Below are positions 14,339-25,951 of a stretch of DNA of 64,000 nucleotides, in pieces. The first letter of the stretch is position 1, and each line of letters begins with the position of its first letter. Made by a program: the position numbers and the translations under genes. A model generated the notes under the pieces. It made no database searches and was not told the DNA's origin. It saw only the letters and a list, made by a program, of their open reading frames with translations. The stretch is from Dictyostelium discoideum (lineage: Eukaryota): assembly GCA_000004695.1 (NCBI GenBank), contig CM000155.2:2272001-2336000 (forward strand), read 5' to 3'.

Positions 14339-16074
14339 TTAAAAATTTGAAAAATTTAAATTTTTATTATTATTAAAATCATCTATTATTAAAGGTTTAT
14401 AACCATTAAATGACACACCAAAATTTTTTAAAAATTTATATTGAATGTCGGATAACTTAAATTGGTTTTCAATAACTGTTTGCTGATTTGATTTGTTTCT
14501 TTTTATATTTATTAAATATTCTAATAGAGAGTCATTTTGTAATTTTACAGATGATTTTAAAATTCTAATTAAAAGGTCACAAAATTCATTTTTAGATAAT
14601 AAAATAAAATCAATTAGTTTGATAGTGAAATAGTGATTATTGGATTGAATGAAAATTTCAAATATATATTCAATTTCCTTTTCACAGAAAAAACCAATTG
14701 AAATTAAATATAAAATAACCCTAGGGTTTGAAGCCAATAAATCATGTAATAATCTTTTCTTAAATGAGTTGCTTTTGTTTAAAACCAATTGTTTCTTTAA
14801 ATACTGATCAATAAAAAAGACCCAATTATTATTTATACAAAGAAATAAAATATTTAAAAATTCATTCTTTTCAAATTGAATTTGATTTTCAGAGTTTGAA
14901 ATTTCGGTTGACCACTTTTTTAAAATAAAAGGTAAAAGTTTTTTATTTGATTGATCATTACTTTCAAATAAATGATGATTTAAAGTTTTTGTTTTATATT
15001 CGAAGGTTTTTTTTGAAATGTAATCATTAAAGTATGGAAGACTATTCAATTTATTAAAAAATTTACATCTTGATACTCTGCAAAGAGGAGGTGATTGTAA
15101 TAATCTTTCAAACATATTTTCAAATAGATTTTTATTATCTTGAATCTTTAATGTTTTAACAAAATTCAAATTCAAGTTATTGAATAGTAATTGTTGATCA
15201 TATTTAATTGAGGATTCTAATAAAGCAAAATAATTATATACACTATTAATAATTTGAGATTGATTCTCGATTGAGGTTAATTGAATTTTAAAGTGATCAA
15301 ACCAATAATTTTCAAATAAATAATTTAAAATTTCTTGATGATTTTCATTTGCTACAGATATTAATAAAGTTAGCGGTGGTTTATAATATTTAGTATATAG
15401 TTTTACTAAAGGTAAATCATTTTGAATGGAAAATGTACGATTTGAATCAAAAATCTTTTGAAGATTTATACCATTTTTTAAAAAGAATTGAAACTTTTCA
15501 ACTGTTAAATATTCAGATGATGATAAACCTCTCCATATTGTCGTTGGTGCTTTCTTTGAAAGTTCAATTGCATTTGATAAATCATTATTTATACATGTTG
15601 GTAAAAATTTAATATTATTTATTAATGAATCGAATGCACGAGTTTTTAAAATGTATTGAGCAATACTTGGATCTTTAACTATAATTGAACTGGTATAGGA
15701 ATTCTTTAATTTCTTTATAAAATCATCAGGTAAAGAAATCATAACTTTTAAAAGTACCAACATTGATGATTTCATTAATGAACATGGTCTAATTTTAAAT
15801 TGATCAATGGTTTTAATTGAAACTTTTGTATCATAAACTTTTATTTTCGAATCAAAAGGATCCATATTTGAATTTAATTTTTTCTTAAAAATTTCTAAAA
15901 CCATTTTAAACATAAATTCATCACTGTATTCTATAATCTTTTCTAAAAATGTTAAATTTGAAGAATTTGATTCAAATAAACCAATTTTATTCAATACCAT
16001 AGGTCCAAACTCTTTTGATAATTTCTTTTCAACAATTTTTTCTAAAACTTTAAAAATTGATTCTTCAAAATTTA

Positions 16075-16129
<55 letters not shown>

Positions 16130-16645
16130 GTTATTAGCTTGAGGAGTTATTAAATCTAATAAAATTTTAAATCTTCTTTTAGAATCACAACTTGATGAGA
16201 ATGAAAATTTTTCTAAATTTTTACAATCATAAATTGTTGGATTAAATATATCTACAATAAATTTCAATGTTTCATAATTTTCTATTGAAACTAATAATGA
16301 ATCTAAAGAATTTGAAACTTTTTTAAATTGTTGTTCAATTTCAAATTGAAAAATCTTATAAATCTTGTAAAATATTTGAAAATCTAATTCCTTCCATTTA
16401 AATAATTTATATAAACAATAATAATTAAAATTTATAAAATGTTTATAATTATCTTTTTGAGAATTTTCAAATAAATAATTTAATTTCTCTATTAATAAAA
16501 CTTCATTCTTGGTTTTAATTATTAATGAAAGTGGAAATTCATAATAATTATATGTTAGATAATATTGATTACTAATTTTTAAAAATTGAAAAATTTTTTT
16601 CCTTAAAAATGAATTTCTATAAACTTTAAAAAATAAATCTCCCAT
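14339..16645 (-). CDS. Paralog family member A (uncharacterised Dictyostelium-specific family)
   Basis: 768-aa ORF. N-terminal MGDLFFKVYRNSFLRKKIFQFL...YNYYEFPLSLIIKTKNEVLLIEKLNY, a motif shared with six downstream paralogs. Asn19 tract. Confidence 0.7.
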
Positions 16646-16715
16646 TTTAAATTTGTACTGTGCTTATTTAAAAAAAAAAAAAAAAAAGAAAAAATCAAAA
16701 AAAAAAAAAAAAAAA

Positions 16716-16748
<33 letters not shown>

Positions 16749-17489
16749 TAAAGATTTAATTATTTTATAAATAGAAAATTTAAAAAAAATTATTGTCCTT
16801 TTATTTTAAATTAAATATTAAATAAATAAAAATAAACATATACATATATATTAATTTTTGGTGATTATAAATTCAATCTTTAGCTTTATTACAAAAAAAA
16901 GTGGGTGAAAATAAGAAATTGTTTTTTTTTTATTTTTATTTTTTTTTCATTTTTTTTTTTATTTTTTTTTTAAAAAAGATAAAACATTGTTATTAACTTT
17001 TTTTTTATATCTTAAAATCATTAAGAGTTTCTAATTAAAAAAAAAAAAAAAAATTAAAAATAGAAATAAATAATAATAACTATTTTTTGAAATTATCAAT
17101 CTATTTTTATCTTTTTTTTTTTCAATTATCTAATTTGGGATATCTAAATTAAATTCCAAGATTAAAATAGTGTGTTATTGTTGGTTGATTCAATACCCCA
17201 AAAAAAATAAAAAAAAAAATAATAAAAAATCAGGTTCACTTAGAGACACTAGTTCTCATTAGTCGGGTCATTTTTTTTTTTTATTTCTTAAATTAATTGT
17301 GTTCAATTTTTTTTTTTTTTTTTTTTTTTTTAATAACCTTCTATATTTTGTTAATAAACTTTGAAATGTTCAACTATTTTTTTTTAAAAGTTTAAACTCT
17401 TTTTAATACAAATAAATAATAAAGGGTTATTTTCAAAATAAATTAAAATTAATAATTATTTTTTTTTTTTTTTTTTTTGAAGATAAATT

Positions 17490-19847
17490 TTATTTAAAAG
17501 TTAAAGAATAATTAAAAATAGTATTTAAATTTTTAATGAAAAAATTATAATGTTGAGAAGAAGTTTTTTTTGATAAATAATTAATTTTTGAATTATTAAT
17601 TGATAAATGACCAATTAAAAATAATTTAATTAAAATTTTATGTAAAATAAAACTATTACCTAGTTTTCTTTCTAATGAAATTGAACAAAATGATAAATCA
17701 TTTAAAAAACCACCATTATAAACAGAAATGAACAAAAGTTCAACATTTAAAGAAAAACCAAAAGATTTAATTTGAGAATTTGTAAAGATAATCGAATTTA
17801 AAATTGCAAAACGAATAATATTTAATGCAAAGGTTTTTGATCTCCATTTCGAAAGTCCTTTTAAAATATTTTCATTTGAAATTAATTGAGCAATTACAAA
17901 TTTAGAATTTTTTTTATTTATTTTACTAATTGAACTATAGATTTGACCTAAAATTTCGAAAACCATATTAGATACGATATCAGTATACACCTTTCTCAAT
18001 TGAGAATTGTAAAGCCACTTTCTTGCAGTTCCTGGGTTACTTTTTAACCATGACACAAACTCTGGATTAAATTTAAAATTTAGTATACTAATATCATAGA
18101 TTTTATTATCATCTTCTTGATTAAAAAAAAAAGAAGACCTTTCATCAAGTTCTACATAATGTTGTAAAATTATTGGTGAAATGTAATTAAAAAGGTCAAT
18201 TAAATTACATTGAATTGAATGAATTAACAATAAAATAAGATTTGTTTTAAAAAGTGATGGAGATGATCCATCACCAAAGCATATATTACCATGGTTGATA
18301 ATATTCTCTAAAAAACATTTATGTAATTCTTTATTACTACTACTACTGCCAGATTCAAATGCTTTTTTAATTTGATTATAATTATACTTTTTTGGAAACC
18401 TTTTAAAATAAGATTTTAATGCATTCACATCTTGATTCTTGATAATAACATTAAGAATTTCTAATGGATTATAAAAAAATGGTATTTCTTTTTCAAAAAG
18501 ATTTGATTCTATCATTTCTTTATTAACTGATTGTAAAAAGTAGTAATCAATATATTTGTGTTGTGGGAGTGGTAAAGTCTCAAACTTGACCTGTTCTCTT
18601 TTTCCAATTTTTCTAAGTTGGTAATCACAAACCCAAGAGATTTTAACATTATATAAGTTTTTTAATTCTTCAAAATAATTATCATTTAACCATATTGCTA
18701 CATCTGAATCATATATTAATCTTTGTTTGTGAATTGGTTCTTTATCTCTTTGAAAATATTTCCAGTAAAAATTTTTACATAAAACTTTTACAATATCTAG
18801 GTTAAAACTTTCAAAAATAAATCCAATTGGTATATCGAATGATTCCAATATCGATCTCTCTATACTAATTCCTAATAATTTCACAATTTCATCATTATTT
18901 TCTAATAGTGCTAAAGGTAACTTTGTTGGTGGTAGTGGTGTATATTTATATTTTTCTAATAATAATTTAAGCATAAATTGATCTTGGTATTTACTAATTG
19001 CACTAAATAAATTATTTATTGCTGAATAGAATGGATCATACAATATTTGAAATTTATTTGGGAAATATTCTAAAATTAGTGAACCAAATAGTTTTGATTG
19101 ATTTGTTTTAATTATATACTCTAAATAATGTACCAATTCTCTGAATGATACATCAATTTTTAATTCACTAAGGATGTATCTAAAAATTTCTTTTTTCTTT
19201 TTAATTTCATCATCATCATCATCATCATCACCATTTACTGTTCTTTTAAATTTATCAAACATTTTAAATATTGGTTCTATATCTATGGTTTCAATTTCGA
19301 GATACTTATTATTTATCAAGTATTTAAGTTTCTTTAAATCACAAATACCAATTATAATTGAATTATAATCAATTCTAACCAATCGAGCTATATATGGACT
19401 ATTATAATTTAATTTATTATGATATTTAATTTCCTTATTGGTTTTTTTAATTTGTTTATTAATTTCTGTTATTTCATTTTTAAATGTTTCAAAAACAATT
19501 TCAAATAATTCAAATGGTAATTCCCTCCATTTATATAATCTTTTTAAACAATATTCACTAAAATTTAAAAAATGTTTACTTTCTATTATTGATTTATTAT
19601 TATTATTATTATTATTATTTTTAAAATATTTATTATAATTATTTATTTTTTCAATTAATAATGGTTGATTTTTTGTTTTTAATATTAATTCAAGTGGGAA
19701 ATCATAATAGTTATATCCAATATATGTTTGTTCTTTATTGTGTTGTGTAATATATGAATAGATTTTATTGATTAAATATTTATTTTTGAATACTTTATAA
19801 AATAAAAAATCCATTTTCATGTTTGGGTTGGGGGAGAAAATGATCAT
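17490..19847 (-). CDS. Paralog family member B
   Basis: 785-aa ORF. The track ORF starts at 19847 (MIIFSPNPNMKMDF...). The family-consistent start is the Met at 19814 (MDFLFYKVFKNKYLINKIYSYI...YNYYDFPLELILKTKNQPLLIEKINNY). Confidence 0.7.
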   Translation of the reverse strand: MIIFSPNPNMKMDFLFYKVFKNKYLINKIYSYITQHNKEQTYIGYNYYDFPLELILKTKNQPLLIEKINNYNKYFKNNNNNNNNKSIIESKHFLNFSEYCLKRLYKWRELPFELFEIVFETFKNEITEINKQIKKTNKEIKYHNKLNYNSPYIARLVRIDYNSIIIGICDLKKLKYLINNKYLEIETIDIEPIFKMFDKFKRTVNGDDDDDDDEIKKKKEIFRYILSELKIDVSFRELVHYLEYIIKTNQSKLFGSLILEYFPNKFQILYDPFYSAINNLFSAISKYQDQFMLKLLLEKYKYTPLPPTKLPLALLENNDEIVKLLGISIERSILESFDIPIGFIFESFNLDIVKVLCKNFYWKYFQRDKEPIHKQRLIYDSDVAIWLNDNYFEELKNLYNVKISWVCDYQLRKIGKREQVKFETLPLPQHKYIDYYFLQSVNKEMIESNLFEKEIPFFYNPLEILNVIIKNQDVNALKSYFKRFPKKYNYNQIKKAFESGSSSSNKELHKCFLENIINHGNICFGDGSSPSLFKTNLILLLIHSIQCNLIDLFNYISPIILQHYVELDERSSFFFNQEDDNKIYDISILNFKFNPEFVSWLKSNPGTARKWLYNSQLRKVYTDIVSNMVFEILGQIYSSISKINKKNSKFVIAQLISNENILKGLSKWRSKTFALNIIRFAILNSIIFTNSQIKSFGFSLNVELLFISVYNGGFLNDLSFCSISLERKLGNSFILHKILIKLFLIGHLSINNSKINYLSKKTSSQHYNFFIKNLNTIFNYSLTFK
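19818..19845. repeat. Inverted-repeat arm 1 (CATGTTTGGGTTGGGGGAGAAAATGATC)
   Basis: Its reverse complement lies at 20190-20216. Arm 1 overlaps the 5' end of family gene B. Confidence 0.85.
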
Positions 19848-20189
19848 TTTTATTTTTTTTTTTTTTTTTTTATTTTTTTTTTTTTTTTATTAATTTATTA
19901 ATAAAAATTTTTTTTTTTTAACTTATTTTTTATTTTTTATTTTTTTATTTTTTTTTTTTTTTTTGTGATTTAATTTTATTTTTAGTATGAATTTAGTGGA
20001 GAGAACTCAAAATACACACGATATAATATATAAAAATTAATGTAATCATTCTGTTTATTTTTTTTGTTTTTTTTTTTTTATTTTTAGAATTCAATTATTT
20101 ATCATTCTTTTTTTTATGTAATTGTTTTTTTTTATTTTGAAAAGAGAGGGAATATATTTTATATCAATGATAAAAAAAAAAAAAAAAAA

Positions 20190-20216
20190 GATCATTTTCT
20201 CCCCCAACCCAAACAT
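20190..20216. repeat. Inverted-repeat arm 2 (GATCATTTTCTCCCCCAACCCAAACAT)
   Basis: Perfect 27-bp reverse complement of 19819-19845, flanked by complementary A/T homopolymers. Sits just 3' of the stop of family gene C. Confidence 0.85.
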
Positions 20217-20228
20217 TTTTTTTTTTAT

Positions 20229-20631
20229 TTAAAATTTTAATTTATTAAAATTTTTATTAAAAATAGTAATATTGTTATAACTAGCATTATGTATCATTGA
20301 AAAAGAAAATAATGCATTGATTTCTGGAAATTTATTTGTTGATGATATTGTTCTTAATAAACAATTATCTACATTTTTAAATGACATATATCCATTAAAA
20401 AACATTTTAATTAAAATTTTATGAAATACAAATCCTTTACCATTATTTTTATCCAAAAATGGTCTACAACATAATATTTCATTAATACTATTTTCATAAA
20501 ATGATTTTACCAAATTTTCATCATCGAAACCAAATGATTTGAATTGATTATCTGAATCTAAAACAATACCATTAATAACAGCAAAACGAATGATATTTAA
20601 AGGAATATTTTTCAAATCCTTTTTATTTTCA

Positions 20632-20669
<38 letters not shown>

Positions 20670-20673
20670 TTTA

Positions 20674-20768
<95 letters not shown>

Positions 20769-22702
20769 TTTATGATTATTATTATTAATATTTTCATACA
20801 TAATTTGATTTGATGTTAATTCTCTAATGATAAACTTTGAATCTGATTTTAAAGTTTTATTAATAATTTTATAATCAACTTTTTCATTTAAAATTTGAAA
20901 GACAGTGTGTGATAATGCATCAAAATAAAATGATTTTAAATGTGAATTGAAAAACCATTTTCTTGAGATATTATTATTTTTAGCACTTTTTAAACATTTA
21001 ATAAATTGGTGATTATATATAAAATCTTTTAAAGTAATCTTTTCATTATTCTTTATTGCTAATGAAATAAAATTAAAAAGTTCAAAAGAACCATAATCAA
21101 CACATGAAGCCAAAAATGAAATAATTGAATTCATATTATGATTTTTTGGAAAATTACAATTAAATATATTTTCTATAAAACAATTAAATAATTGTTTATT
21201 TCCACTATAAAATGCACTATTAACTTGATCGAAATTGTAATAATTTGGAAAAATATTAAAATAAGCAATCAATACTTCAACATTTTCTTCCTTTATTATA
21301 ATATCAACTAATGATGTTAAAAATGAATATTTATTATGAAGTTGTGCTAAAATTGAATATTCATTATAATTATTATTATTATTATTATTATGCTGTTGTA
21401 CTAAAAATTGTTCAGACTCTATCATTTCTTTATTGATAAAATCAAAATAACAATTTGCAATATATTGAAAAGTTTCAAATTTAACCTGTTCCCTTTTATT
21501 ATTGATTCTTAAATGTAAATCACATAGACATGAGATTTTAATTTCGTTTTTCTTTTTTTTTAATAATAAAAAATAATTATCACTTAAAAACAATGCAATT
21601 TTAGGGTCATATATTATTTGAATAGTTGAATTTCTATAAAATCTATCTGTTGTTTCATTGAATAAACTTGATTTTAATGCTTCACAAAGTACCTTTACAA
21701 TTTCTAAATCAAAATTGTTTAAAATAAATTCAAGTGGAAAATTCATTGCTTCTAAAGTTGATTTACTTATTCTAATACCTAACAATGTAAAAATTTCTGA
21801 TTCAGTTGTTGGTGTTAGTGTTGGTGTTGCTGTTGGTGGTGCAAGTGTTGTTGTTGTTGTTGTTTTTGTTGATGATGATGGTGGTGCAGGTGTTGTTGGT
21901 GCAAGTGTTGTTAGTGTTGGTGTTGGTGGTGGGGGTGGTGGTGGTGTTGGTGTTGTTGGTGGCGCAAGTGTTGTTAGTGTTAGTGTTGGTGTTGGTGTTG
22001 GTGTTGGTGTTGGTGTTGGTGTTGGTGTTGGTGGTGTTGGTGGTGTTGGTGGTGGTGTATATTTATATTTTTCTAATAATAATTTAAATATATATTGGTC
22101 TTTGTATTTAGAAATTATTTGAAATACATTGGTTAATTGATTATGTATAATTGGTAATTCTTTTGGGAATAAATCTATAATTTGTTTTCCAAAAATTTTC
22201 GATTGATCTTTAATCATAATTTCACATAAATATGTTGTTAATTGAGTAAATGATAAATCAATTTTAGATTCGTTTATTAAATATTGAAATATTTCTTTTA
22301 ATTTTATTTCTTCATCATGATGATCATGATTCACTTGGATTCTATAAATCATTTTTCTTTTTCTTTTTAATTTTCTTGAATGTATTAAACTAAAAACTGA
22401 ATTGATATTGATTGACTCAGTTTCGAGTAATTGATTATTTATTATATATTTGAGTTTATCTAAATCTCCATTAATGATTAGATAACTATGGTATAGTATT
22501 TTTTCTTTTCCATATTTATTTATTTTAATTTTTCCAATTATTTTTTCAATTTCTTTTTTAAATGTTTGAAAAATAAGTTCAAATAATTCTAATGATAATT
22601 CACTCCATTTATATAATAGTTTTAAACATTGTTCATTAAATGTTAAAAAATGTTTACTATTTAATATTGATATTTCTGAATATTTATTATTTTTATTATT
22701 AC

Positions 22703-22760
<58 letters not shown>

Positions 22761-22955
22761 TATAAAATATTTAATATAATTATTTAATTTTTCAATTAAT
22801 AATGGTTGATTCTTTGTTTTTAAAACAAGTTCTAATGGGAAATCATAATAGCTGTATCTGATTAATCTTTGTTCTTTATTATACTCTGAAATATATGAAT
22901 AGATTTTTTTCTTTAAATAAATATTTTTAAAAACCTGACTGAATAATAAATCCAT
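20229..22955 (-). CDS. Paralog family member C (expanded Pro/Thr linker and poly-Asn)
   Basis: 908-aa ORF. About 90% identical to members D and E outside the low-complexity inserts. PTPTPT...TTLAPP linker of about 130 aa. N55-like tract (ATT)n at 20640-20790. Confidence 0.75.
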
Positions 22956-23095
22956 TATATATATATAAAATAATATGTTGCTAGTTAAAAAAAAAAAAAA
23001 AAGAAAAAGAAAAATGAAAAATGAAAAAAAAAGTTTTTATAAATATATTTTTTTTTTTTTTTTTGATAAATTCTCAAAAAAAAAAAAAAACAAAA

Positions 23096-23103
23096 TCCCA
23101 CAA
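23096..23103 (+). promoter_or_regulatory. DUSE-like box (TCCCACAA) upstream of a Class I RNA gene
   Basis: Matches the Dictyostelium upstream sequence element consensus [AT]CCCA[CT]AA. About 75 nt upstream of the GTTGAC stem start. Confidence 0.55.
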
Positions 23104-23178
23104 CCAAAAATAATAAAATATGTATCACGATATATATTAATAATTATAAAAATAATTAAATGTGCAAAAACACAAATA

Positions 23179-23242
23179 AGTTGACCTTACAGCAATCTTA
23201 ACAATTTTATCACATTATAAAAAAAAACCTCAGTCAACTGTA
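23179..23242 (+). ncRNA. Class I small ncRNA gene (copy 1)
   Basis: aGTTGAC-CCTTACAGCAA-tcttaacaattttatcacattataaaaaaaaacctca-GTCAACt. The 5' and 3' ends form a 7-bp stem (AGTTGAC/GTCAACT), with the conserved 11-nt Class I motif CCTTACAGCAA directly after the 5' stem. Length about 60 nt. Confidence 0.65.
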
Positions 23243-23608
23243 TAAAGTGATAAATTTTTTTAAGTTCCTAACTTCCGAATATTAAGAGAGGTCCGAGGTT
23301 CGAAACTCCGTATAGTAACCAATAAAAGTGACCCAAATGGGGCTCAGCTTAGTTGTAGGCCCACTAAAGCTAAAAACTACAAAAAACAATTTGAATCACC
23401 CAAAAACCAAAAACCAATCAAAAAAAAAAAAAAAAAGATTTAAAAAAAGAATGGAAAAAAAGTTATACATAACTTTTTTTTATTTAAAATTTTAATTTAT
23501 TAAAATTTTCATTAAAAATAGAAATATTATTATAACTAGAATTACGTATCATTGAAAAAGAAAATAAGGCATTGATTTCTGGAAATTTATTTGTTGATGA
23601 TAATGTTC

Positions 23609-25951
23609 TTAATGAACGATTTCCTTTATCTTTAAATGACATATATCCATTAAAAACATTTTAATTAAAATTTTATGAAATACAAATCCTTTACCATTAT
23701 TTTTATCCAATAATTGTTTACTACATAATATTTCATCAATACTATTTTCATATAACGATTTTACTAAATCTTCATCATCGAAACCAAATGATTTGAATTG
23801 GTTATCTGAATCTAAAACAATACCATTAATAACAGCAAAACGAATGATATTTAAAGGAATATTTTTCAAATCCTTTATATTTTCATTATTATTATTAATA
23901 TTATTATCATTATTATTACAATACATAATTTGGTTTGATATTAATTCTCCAATGATAAACTTTGAATCTGATTTTAAAGCTTTACGAATAATTCCATAAT
24001 CAACTTTTTTATTTAAAATTTGAAAGACTGTATGTGATAATGCATCAGAATAAATTGATTTTAAATGTGAATTGATAAACCATTTTCTTGAGATATTATT
24101 ATTATTTTTTGCACTTTTTAAACATTTAATAAATCGATAATTATTAATAAAATCATTTAAAGTAATCTTTTCATTATTCTTAATTGTTAATGAAATAAAA
24201 TTAAAAAGTTTAAAAGAACCATAATCGATACATGAAGCCAAAAATGAAATAATTGAAATTATATTATAATTGTATGGAAAATTACCATTAAATATATTTT
24301 CTATAAAACAATTAAATAATTGTTTATTTCCACTATAAAATGCACTATTAACTTGATCGAAATTGTAATAATTTGGAAAAATACTAAAATGAGCAATCAA
24401 TACTTCAACATTTTCTTCCTTTATTATAATATCAACTAATGATGTTAAAAATGGATATTTATTAAAATTAATTTGCTGTTGCGCTAATAATGAATTATTA
24501 TAATAATTATTAATATTATTATTATTTTGTCGTGCTAAAAATTGTTCAGACTCTATCATTTCTTTATTGATAGTATCAAAATAACAATTTAAAATATATT
24601 GAGAAGTTTCAAATTTAACCTGTTCCCTTTTACCAATGATTCTTAATTGTAAATCACATAGCCATGAGATTTTAATTTCATTTTTCTTTTTTTTTAATAA
24701 TAAAAAATAATTATCACTTAAAAACAATGCAATTTTAGGGTCATATATTATATGATTAGTTGGGCATGTATTGAATTTATCTGTTGTTTCATTGAATAAT
24801 CTTGATTTTAATGCTTCACAAAGTACCTTTACAATTTCTAAATCAAAATTGTTTAAAATAAATTCAAGTGGAAAATTCATTGCTTCTAAAGTTGATTTAC
24901 TTATTCTAATACCTAACAATGTAAAAATTTCTGATTCGGTTGTTGTTGATGTTGCTTTTGTTGCTGTTGTTGGTGGTACAAGTGTTGGTGTTGGTGTTTG
25001 TGTTGGTGTTGGTGTTGGTGTTGGTGGTGTTGGTGGTGTATATTTATATTTATCTAATAATAATTTAAATATATATTGATCTTTAAATTTAGAAATTATA
25101 TCAAATACATTGGTTAATTGCTTATGTATGATTGGTAATTCTTTTGGAAATAATTCTATAATTTGTTTTCCAAATATTTTCGATTGATCTGTAATCATAA
25201 TTTCACATAGATATGTTGTTAATTGAGTAAATGATAAATAAATTTTATATTCATTTATTAAATATTGAAATATTTCTTGTAATTTTATTTCTTCATCATG
25301 ATTCACTTGGATTGTAATTTCAGAACGAATCATTTTTCTTTTTCTTTTTAATTTTCTTGAATGTATTAAACTAAAAACTGAATTGATATTGATTGACTCA
25401 GTTTCGAGTAATTGATTATTTATTATATATTTGAGTTTATCTAAATCTCCATTACTGATTAAATTAATATGGTGTTGTATTTTTTCTTTTCCATCTTTAT
25501 TTATTTTTTTAATTTTTCCAATTATTTCTTCAATTTCTTTTTTAAATGTTTGAAAAATAAGTTCAAATAATTCTAATGATAATTCACCCCATTTATATAA
25601 TAGTTTTAAACATTGTTCATTAAATGTTAAAAAATGTTTACTATTTAATATTGATATTTCTGAATACTGATTATTATCGTTATTATTATTATTTTTATTA
25701 TTACTATTATTATTATTTTTTTTTTTATTACTATTATTTTTATTATTATTATTATTTTTAAAATATTTATTAAAATTATTTAATTTTTCAATTAATAATG
25801 GTTGATTCTTTGTTTTTAAAACGAGTTCTAATGGGAAATCATAATAGTTATATCTGATTAATCTTTGTTCTTTATTATACTCTGAAATATATGAATAGAT
25901 TTTTTTCTTTAAATAAATATTTTTAAAAACCTGACTGAATAATAAATCCAT
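23609..25951 (-). CDS. Paralog family member D (C-terminus altered by a 1-nt deletion)
   Basis: 780-aa ORF. Collinear with C and E up to ...GKGFVFHKILIKMF, then a frame change (ttaaaaacatttt versus E ttaaaaaacaattt) gives a short aberrant tail. DNA homology continues 3' of the new stop. Confidence 0.7.
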   Translation of the reverse strand: MDLLFSQVFKNIYLKKKIYSYISEYNKEQRLIRYNYYDFPLELVLKTKNQPLLIEKLNNFNKYFKNNNNNKNNSNKKKNNNNSNNKNNNNNDNNQYSEISILNSKHFLTFNEQCLKLLYKWGELSLELFELIFQTFKKEIEEIIGKIKKINKDGKEKIQHHINLISNGDLDKLKYIINNQLLETESININSVFSLIHSRKLKRKRKMIRSEITIQVNHDEEIKLQEIFQYLINEYKIYLSFTQLTTYLCEIMITDQSKIFGKQIIELFPKELPIIHKQLTNVFDIISKFKDQYIFKLLLDKYKYTPPTPPTPTPTPTQTPTPTLVPPTTATKATSTTTESEIFTLLGIRISKSTLEAMNFPLEFILNNFDLEIVKVLCEALKSRLFNETTDKFNTCPTNHIIYDPKIALFLSDNYFLLLKKKKNEIKISWLCDLQLRIIGKREQVKFETSQYILNCYFDTINKEMIESEQFLARQNNNNINNYYNNSLLAQQQINFNKYPFLTSLVDIIIKEENVEVLIAHFSIFPNYYNFDQVNSAFYSGNKQLFNCFIENIFNGNFPYNYNIISIISFLASCIDYGSFKLFNFISLTIKNNEKITLNDFINNYRFIKCLKSAKNNNNISRKWFINSHLKSIYSDALSHTVFQILNKKVDYGIIRKALKSDSKFIIGELISNQIMYCNNNDNNINNNNENIKDLKNIPLNIIRFAVINGIVLDSDNQFKSFGFDDEDLVKSLYENSIDEILCSKQLLDKNNGKGFVFHKILIKMFLMDICHLKIKEIVH

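Noticed and set aside
19815-19847. N-terminal extension MIIFSPNPNMK of family gene B
   Set aside because: It is encoded by inverted-repeat arm 1. Paralogs start at the Met equivalent to 19814 (MDFLFYKV…). The extension is treated as read-through rather than coding.
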